50,298 nucleotides of DNA, from the NCBI GenBank assembly GCA_964486505.1, contig CAZAMC010000004.1:1-50298 (forward strand), written 5' to 3'. Position numbers and translations under genes: made by a program. This document shows positions 50,043-50,298 of the stretch, piece after piece (the first letter of the stretch is position 1; the number at the start of each line of letters is the position of its first letter). This DNA is from an uncultured Gammaproteobacteria bacterium (GTDB lineage: Bacteria > Patescibacteriota > Patescibacteriia > PEXW01). The notes beneath the pieces were generated by a model. That model saw only the letters and a program-made list of their open reading frames with translations. It was not told where the DNA came from and made no database searches.

Positions 50043-50077
50043 GGCATCATTCTAGCACCGCTTGCGCTTGCTATCCC

Positions 50078-50105
50078 AAAACCCCCGCACCAGGAGGCGC
50101 GGGGG
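50078..50105 (-). terminator. Rho-independent terminator after the pilin-like gene
   Basis: On the minus strand: CCCCCGC, a 10-nt loop, GCGGGGG, then TTTT. On the plus strand: aaaa 50078-50081 and stems at 50082-50088 and 50099-50105. Confidence 0.65.
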
Positions 50106-50131
50106 TCTTTCGTAATCTCTAGAAAGTGTGA

Positions 50132-50298
50132 CTAGCTTGTCACGTTGATCGTGCTCTTGACCACGAAGTTGACGATTGCCCAGGACAGCAGAATAACAAT
50201 GAGACCAATGACTGCAGCCGAGATAATCTTCTTCGCAGAGCCAATCTTGTCTTCGTTGCCACCAGCGGTGAGCCAGATGAAGCCACCGTACAGGATCA
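50132..50298 (-). CDS. C-terminal fragment of a TrbC/VirB2-like (CPR-type T4SS-pilin-like) small membrane protein, truncated by the window edge
   Basis: Hand-translated: ...ILYGGFIWLTAGGNEDKIGSAKKIISAAVIGLIVILLSWAIVNFVVKSTINVTS*. The pattern (aromatic/TM, AGGNxxK, AKxxI, second TM ending SWAIVNF) matches pilin-like proteins common in Patescibacteria, as I recall them. Confidence 0.55.
   Translation of the reverse strand, partial: ILYGGFIWLTAGGNEDKIGSAKKIISAAVIGLIVILLSWAIVNFVVKSTINVTS

Noticed and set aside
1-50298. Mobile elements, prophage, CRISPR-Cas, restriction-modification, toxin-antitoxin or other defence systems
   Set aside because: I found no transposase, integrase, recombinase, Cas, methyltransferase or nuclease signatures, and no terminal inverted repeats or spacer arrays. 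The only repeats are short hairpins or palindromes and the GT4 paralog pair.

Overview
High-GC bacterial chromosomal window. The gene content, a C-terminal pilin-like fragment and tiny zinc-ribbon and membrane ORFs suggest a Patescibacteria/CPR-like organism, but that placement is inference. It spans the replication-origin neighbourhood. rpmH-rnpA-yidD-yidC-PRC lie on the minus strand and dnaA-dnaN on the plus strand, with DnaA-box-like 9-mers in both flanking intergenic regions. Housekeeping genes include a Nudix hydrolase, tsaD, valS, a pilB/gspE-type ATPase, a DHH-family protein, tsaE, a class A PBP, ruvC, yebC, a PurM-like protein and PGI/PMI. There are two carbohydrate loci. Locus 1 (18.1-29.7 kb) holds a GDE-like (alpha/alpha)6 hydrolase, a GalT-type uridylyltransferase, three GT4 glycosyltransferases (two are close paralogs flanking an APH-fold kinase), an SPP-like HAD phosphatase, an EamA transporter and an SPS-like GT4. 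Locus 2 (33.5-50.0 kb) is a 12-gene, translationally coupled plus-strand operon plus one convergent gene. It encodes nine polytopic GT-C-like or DUF2079-like membrane proteins, two DPM1/GtrB-type GT2 polyprenyl-phosphate-sugar synthases and one flavin oxidoreductase. In this window it has no Wzx/Wzy/ABC exporter and no initiating phosphoglycosyltransferase. Locus 2 is my best candidate for an undescribed system, an extracytoplasmic glycan or glycoconjugate assembly line. Its first gene carries STT3/AglB-like motifs. Other observations are two tandem paralogous 35-aa membrane peptides, a structured RNA-like element at the left edge, an AT-rich islet with a zinc-ribbon micro-ORF, and a recurrent -10-like element 6-7 nt upstream of ATG codons that suggests leaderless mRNAs. 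I saw no CRISPR array, transposase, integrase, rRNA or convincing tRNA. All family assignments come from motif recognition by eye, with no searches run.
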